Assembly: GCA_963714275.1 (NCBI GenBank)
Contig: CAVQNT010000002.1
Location: 288,001-352,000 of the forward strand
Reading direction: 5' to 3'
Length of the DNA stretch: 64,000 bases
Source of the DNA: Candidatus Bathyarchaeota archaeon
Lineage (GTDB): Archaea > Thermoproteota > Bathyarchaeia > Bathyarchaeales > DTEX01
Both the position numbers and the translations under genes were made by a program. Every line of letters begins with the position of its first letter. Position 1 is the first letter of the stretch. The notes below the pieces were generated by a model. The model ran no database searches, had not been told where the DNA came from, and saw only the letters and a program-made list of their open reading frames with translations. Shown here in pieces: positions 63,569 through 64,000 of the stretch.

Positions 63569-64000
63569 TTATCTCATGGGCTGCCACTGCCAACCGGCTC
63601 CTTTCTGGATTACATAGCCTAGTCCAGGGAAGGGGAAATGAAAGGCATGCACCAAGGCTTTCTCAGTTGCGGCTCTATCGAGGAGCCGGCGCCGTGTGGT
63701 TATGACTTGCTCAGGAGCCAAGTCGTACTTAATATACCAGTCTGGCTGCTCCAGATGAATTTGATGAATCACCGTGTCAGAGATACACAAGAGTTGCCTG
63801 TTGTCCGAGATAATGGAAACCGCCGTATGTCCAGGGGTGTGACCACGTGCGCCCACGGTCCAAACACCGGGTACAATTTCTGTTTCATGGTCGACAAGTT
63901 CAAGTTGATTTTGAATTGGCAGGAGGTAATCACGCGCACACTTGATGAGCAATTTTTTCTCGCTTTCACTTATGTCCAATGTCTCCAGGTTTGGCTTGGA
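63569..64000 (-). CDS. Metallo-beta-lactamase-fold hydrolase, 5' part outside the window
   Basis: GHTPGH, SDTVIH, FHFPFPG. Confidence 0.85.
   Translation of the reverse strand, partial: SKPNLETLDISESEKKLLIKCARDYLLPIQNQLELVDHETEIVPGVWTVGARGHTPGHTAVSIISDNRQLLCISDTVIHQIHLEQPDWYIKYDLAPEQVITTRRRLLDRAATEKALVHAFHFPFPGLGYVIQKGAGWQWQPMR

Overview
Archaeal genomic window. Gene content and codon style resemble Bathyarchaeia, but that assignment is inference. Short housekeeping blocks (map; mre11-rad50; argG-argH-carA-carB; ABC/ECF transporters) alternate with accessory DNA. The accessory DNA includes a defence-like island (~0.5-11.6 kb: two DNA methyltransferases, a PD-(D/E)XK-like protein, a HEPN-like/STAND/TPR protein, a proteasome-beta-like peptidase) and an integrated element with a ParB-Zn protein, palindromic iterons and a Zn-ribbon tyrosine recombinase (~16.2-20.2 kb). 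It also includes an AbiE toxin-antitoxin relic, an ArsR/Acr3 locus facing an HdrA-domain/ferredoxin/3xDGC/GcvH operon, and a putative secreted-filament operon. Many genes, including core ones, carry single-base frameshifts, probably long-read indel errors, so pseudogene calls are uncertain. The strongest unexplained signals are: (1) a recurrent 13-bp AT palindrome with interchangeable flanking arms that brackets single cargo genes like recombination sites; (2) the lipoyl-carrier/DGC operon tied to arsenic-resistance genes; (3) intergenic enrichment of (AGCT)n and (CG)n runs. All family assignments are motif recognition by eye; no searches were run.
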